In this document: piece after piece, positions 59,240-64,000 of the stretch
Layout of the letters: the number at the start of each line of letters is the position of its first letter
How positions within the stretch are numbered: position 1 is the first letter of the stretch
DNA from: Macrostomum lignano
Lineage: Eukaryota
Length of the DNA stretch: 64,000 bases
Assembly (NCBI GenBank): GCA_002269645.1
Contig: NIVC01000033.1
Location: forward strand, 857,335 to 921,334
Direction of reading: 5' to 3'
Position numbers and translations under genes: made by a program
Notes under the pieces: model-generated
What the model was told of the DNA's origin: nothing
The model's input: only the letters and a program-made list of their open reading frames with translations
The model's database searches: none

Positions 59240-60502
59240 TTCAGATCCCAGTTCGCCTGGTGCGCCTAGACAAGGATTTCTAGACAAGGTGTTGGTGCGC
59301 AGTCCAGGCAGGCTGACGTATTCAGAACCACAAGACTCATTGTGTGGGATGAGATCTCCATTGCTGACCTCAATGACATGGAGGCTGTTGACCGGACTCT
59401 GTGGGACATCCGGAAGCAGGATTCGCCATTTGGCGGAATCGTGCTGGTGTGCTGCGGAGACTTCCGGCAGTTGCTTCTGGTGGTGCAGAAAGGAACCAGG
59501 GCCAACAGCGTCCAGGCGTGCGTCAGTAGGTCCAGCCTGTGGAGATCATTCCGACGGCACCGCCTGACTCGAAACCTGCGGCTGCTGAGCGGCTCCGATG
59601 CTGCGCTGTGTCAGCGCTACTCAAAGCTGCTTCTGCAGTTAATTGCTTTGAGCTCTGTGTAAATAATTTTTAATGACATTGTCAGTAAAGAGAAGATATA
59701 AAGGGCTAAACTTGCTGTTTAATTCAGGATATACTTTGAAGGTTCGATTCCTTCGATTTTCTCCATGCAGATCGGTTCCAGCACTATCCAGAAGGATAGA
59801 GCTGCTTCCTCCAGAGATCCTGATGCCGTCCAATGCCTCGCTGAAGGACAGTTTTTCTACCCATCGTTCGACGCATCTGCGGATAGAGACGGCCATTTCG
59901 CCGGCGGAGCCATCCTGGTGCCTTACAATGAGTCCGTGGACGCCATCAACGATGAGTGTCCGGCCTTGTTCCCTGGCAGCCTGCGGGAGTATCGGTCTGT
60001 GGACAGCGCGTCCGATGAAGACTCCGCCACACACTTCCCACCGGAGCTGCTGAACCGGCTAGAGGCGCCGAACCTGCCAAAGCACCTGCTTAAGTTTAAG
60101 GTGGGCATGCCTGTGGTTTTGCTGCGGAACCTCAACCCACCTCGGCTGTGCAATGGCACGCGATTGATTGTTCTGGCACTGGGAGACAATGTACTCCGCT
60201 GCAAAGGGGCAGCTGGCCACTTCGCAGGCGATGAGGTGCTGCCGCATTGCATCCCGCTGGAGCCGAACAATGTTTTTAAGCGGTTGCGGTTTCCTCAGTG
60301 ACCCAGCTTCTGCCTGTCGATCCACAAGTTGCAGGGCCAGTCGCTGGAGACCGCTGGCTTTGACCTTACGGTAGGCGTGCTCACACACGGCCAGCTGTAC
60401 ACGGCGCTGTCTCGAGCAAAATATGCAGGAAATGTTTGCGTTCGGATTAGCGGTAATAAGACGCGAAATATTGTGTACCCGGAGGTGCTCTCTGCAGATT
60501 AG
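59240..60502 (+). mobile_element. Helitron RepHel PIF1-like helicase, C-terminal remnant, inactivated
   Basis: RLIVWDEIS..EAVDRTL.DIR..PFGG....GDFRQLL, LKFKVGMPVVLLRNLNPPRLCNGTRLIV, SIHKLQGQSL..HGQLYTALSR and TRNIVYPEVL. In-frame TGA at 60299-60301; intron 59639-59770 has lost its GT; no Rep domain seen. Confidence 0.9.
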
Positions 60503-62465
60503 ACTGCCAGCTTTTGATTTTCTGTTTCAGAACTGTGATGTTCACATTTTTAGCTTATACCATTTTCAGTTTCCTTTGTTAACGTAATGGTGACTTGCCT
60601 TGACAACTATGCAGCAAGCAGTATTTAAGGGCAAGAAACTGAACAAAACGAATAAAGCGCTACCATTAAAGCAGGGCCTCAATTCGGGCCCCAAATTTTA
60701 TGAGAGCGTTAGCTTGATCCTGTGCATCCAACTAAATGCTTTTCTGGAAATATTACTGCGTGCTGCTGCATCAAGAAAGGTCTTCCTCCCTCACGGTTAA
60801 CAAAAACCCCCTGTTGAGCAGTAGTCAAGGCAGCAAGAAGCAGACAATTGGCTTTATCTGGAATAAAATTCAGGTAGGCTAAAAGTGATTGTTGTTACTT
60901 CGAACACGCTAGACATTTTTAATTCAACTAAATCAGCCTCAGCAAGGAGGGTGGGTGTCTGTTGCCTGCGGGGGCCCGCGGCCTCACCCTGTCTTCGCTG
61001 GCTTACGTGCGTTTTTTGCGTTTTTTAACTGGCCCTCTTAGTCTCATTCGCACCGCCATCAAATGGCAGACCAAATCACACGATTCATTTGATCATACAG
61101 AATTTCTTAGTTTTGTTGTGATCACTTGAAATCTAAACTAGCTTACAACATTTTCAAATTCAGTGACGAAAGTTGTTAACGCCAGTTGTCAATAGAGCCA
61201 GTTGATCAACGAAAACAGTGTACACTGGTCGTCTTCTCTCTTACACAGCACCCCAAGTTGCGCGCAACATACAAAAGCTTAACTTAAGCTATTCTATTTA
61301 AGCAACTCTCCACCTAGTCTGACTGTCACATCAAAACTGATCTGCCATCACACCAGTAAGGTTATTAACTATTTTAATATACTCAGCAGCATTGAAAAGT
61401 CGCCACCCTTTGCCCCATTTTTTATTAGAGGCAGGGGGTTGTGTGCACCCTGGCGCACTTTAAGCGACATAGGCACACAACCGGCGAGAGGCATTACTGC
61501 CCATTCCGCCGACTCCCCTGAGCAGGCACACAAGCGCGCGGATACGTACGCAGTCATTCGCACAGGCACACACTCACACAGGAGTGTACAGCGGCCCTAA
61601 CTTTATATTATCGTTATGATGTAACCACGCTCTGGTCGCGGGATAGGGCATGGGAACTTTTTCGAAAGTGCCTCCTATCCCGTGCACCCTCTGCACAGAG
61701 CTGTCGAGACTCGGCCAGGTCTCCGACAGGGCCTGGAGACTCCCGCTCTGCTGCACCCCTCCTGCTGCCTTGGTCCCGTCTCCCCTGCCGCCACACCTGC
61801 CTTTCCGGAGCCCCCTACCCCTCTCTGTACCTCCCCCTCTACCCTATCTCTTCTGTTTTCCGCCCTATTCTTCCTGTACTTTCCCTATCTCCCCTCTTTT
61901 TGTCTCCCTCTGCACTCTTTTCCTGCGCTGTCCCCTCTTTCTCTGTGTCTACTTACAGTATTTTGTGTGCTCACCGTCTCCCCATCCCCTCTCAAACTCC
62001 CAAACGGTGACGCAAGTCGTGTGACCCCTTCTCCCCCTCGATGACTCATCGATGACTCATCCCCCTCTCTTGCGCAACCTTTTCTCACGCTATTTTTCTC
62101 CTTCCCAAATTTCTCATGCGACACCCACCCCACCTCCGCTTCTATTGTTCTCGTTTTTGATTCTTTTGTTCTCTCGACCCCCACCAATTATCACATTTTC
62201 TCCGATTTTCTCTTTCTTTTGTTCTCGTTTTCGCACCTAATTATCACCTTTTCCCCAATGTTTACTTTTCCATTGTTCTCAGTTCTCCCCAATTATCCCC
62301 GTTTTCCAATTCCTTTGTTCTCGACCCCAGCCCTATTGTTCTCAATGTTTGCTTGCGCAACACTATCGCGACCACCCGCTGCGCCAATTATCCCCCCACC
62401 CCACCTCCGGATTGCGCAATTTCCCTATTTCTCATGTTGCTATGCCGGTCTCATGCTTCTCATCA

Positions 62466-62881
62466 TGACTCATTCTGACGTCATTCTGCCGGCAGCCAAT
62501 CAGAGAGAGGGAGCCATGGTAACGACCTTGAGGAGGCGGCTGTGAGGTCTATAAAAGGAAGCGATTTCGACGTGAGAATCCTCAGACTTTCTACGTTTTC
62601 CCCTTTCCGGGACTTGTTGTCAGACTGAGTTCTGACCTATTCGTCTATAAGGCGAATCCCTGCCGGTCCGCGGTCTGTTACCGCCAAGTTATCCTTAGCT
62701 CCCCAAGTGAGCTCGCCTATCGGCCAGCGGTCTGACACCGCCCAGCATCATCAGCATCGCCTGATCTACTCCAGCGCCTCGTCGCTTCAGCGCACCGCCG
62801 CTTCACTGTCTGCCTGACTTCAGCCTACAGCCGCCACCGGTCACTCCGCCTCTCTCTCTCTCTGTGCAGCTGCCGGTAAGT
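62466..62881 (+). promoter_or_regulatory. Pol II promoter-like module followed by a putative non-coding first exon
   Basis: TGACTCA 62466-62472, TGACGTCA 62476-62483, CCAAT 62496-62500, CCATGGTAAC about 62514-62523, TATAAAAG 62550-62557, donor G|GTAAGT at 62876; two more TGACTCA sites at 62041-62060. Confidence 0.5.
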
Positions 62882-63829
62882 TCCTGTTACTAATTTGTGC
62901 TCTAATTGCCTCTGCTTATCCGGGGTTTGCCTATTTTCCATTGTCTGATTAGAGAGCTGAGCCAATTGTGATACCGTATCTTTTGCTGTATTCTACTCAA
63001 TAGTGAGGCCGCCTAATTGCCTGATTATTCGCCTAAGGGCCTAATTATTAACTATTAACTAACTTCATCATTATTCACTCTTTCACCATCATTTAACTCA
63101 TGGCTTGCTAAGCCTTACTCCCGGGGCGGCAAAGCATAAAGAAGTTTGGGTAAGCTAATGGCCTCTCCCCGTGCAAAGCCCGCCTGTGTGAGTGCGTGCG
63201 GCGGGTTCGTGAGTGCGTGCAGTAGAGGGATTAGCGAGTCATGGCACAGAATGTCAGTAGGAAGGTTGCAACCCCATGCTAACGCGCCCCTTCGCCCTGA
63301 GCAATCTAAACTAGAGACAGTACATGTTCGCCTCATACTACTCTTAGTAATCAAAGTCGCAAGTCAGCCTCGCTCACAGCCACAAAGGATCCCCTGCTGA
63401 GAAATCCTCCAGGATTGAGCCCAGAGTTCCCGATCATGCCCCAAGCAGAGTCCCTGTACTCGGCTGCATGTGTCTCCCCTGTTAGCCTAAATCCCCTGGT
63501 AACCAATCCAGGCGGGGCTCTAGCCTCGAGAGGTCTGGTAGAAAGATCCAGGTGCGCCAGGTCACATAGAGTGGTGGCAGCCACTCGGTCATCCCATGAC
63601 CGAGTGACCAACTATTGCACCTTGGCTACAGGTGGGGTCCATGTGGGTCCTTGGCCCTCTGGTCACGAAGCGCTACCAAAGCTACTAATCATGTGGGCGG
63701 GACAGTCTGGTGCTGGAGGTCCGTCAGGTCATTGCCCGGTCATAGGCAGCCTACGGTCATTGCCCCCTCTAGCCAAGCGTTCGTCTCTCAATAGGAGCGG
63801 ACAGGCGACAAGGGCGGTTACATCAGTTA

Positions 63830-63995
63830 GGCATGTACACTTCACTGCGCCTTGGGGGGTTGGCTCTCAAGGCCGTTAATTGGACGAGCAGAGCCAAGCC
63901 GAGATTCCAATTCAGCCCCAAATTAATGTGACTGCACTTGGAATCGAGCCTGGGTCGCTGGCACACCAGAGCAGCTGCGCTGGGCTACCCTTTGC
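63830..63995 (-). mobile_element. tRNA-headed SINE-like repeat (short copy)
   Basis: Minus strand GGTAGCCCAGCG ... CGACCCAGGCTCGATTCC, then GAGCCAACCCCCCAA; parallels the 46040-46480 copy. Confidence 0.45.
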
Positions 63996-64000
63996 CCCAG

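Noticed and set aside
63115-63879. ORFs of 79-154 aa downstream of the promoter-like module as gag/pol or tyrosine recombinase
   Set aside because: No RT, RNase H, integrase, YR or CCHC motifs in any frame examined.

Overview
Eukaryotic (metazoan invertebrate) genomic DNA, not prokaryotic: GC-rich exons with GT-AG introns sit in AT-rich spacers, and roughly a fifth of the window is mini/microsatellite (rough sum of array lengths). This architecture is compatible with a Macrostomum-like flatworm, but that is inference. Spliced gene models were rebuilt by hand and their exon phases sum correctly. They are Elongin B (intronless), a Pitchfork/CIMAP3-like ciliary protein, a fatty-acid transport protein (SLC27/FATP), KLHL18, an intronless TspO-like multi-pass membrane protein, an NPY/NPF/PrRP-type neuropeptide GPCR, a single-domain WCPPC nucleoredoxin-like protein, a bacterial-type secreted sphingomyelinase C, a GT31 beta-1,3-galactosyltransferase with a probable GC-AG intron, and a small two-exon type I membrane protein missing from the ORF track. 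Mobile DNA includes a dead Helitron helicase, several hAT-type MITEs and tRNA-derived SINE-like copies. The most notable observations are four. (1) The sphingomyelinase resembles Bacillus/Staphylococcus SMase C (beta-toxin type) yet has introns and a signal peptide. (2) All 10 introns of FATP and KLHL18 carry their own tandem array, many sharing a GGGAT(C) core. (3) One minisatellite sits inside two different MITEs in opposite orientation. (4) The small membrane protein is one I cannot assign to a family. Most long ORFs in the track are repeat artefacts. No rRNA, intact tRNA or CRISPR array was found.
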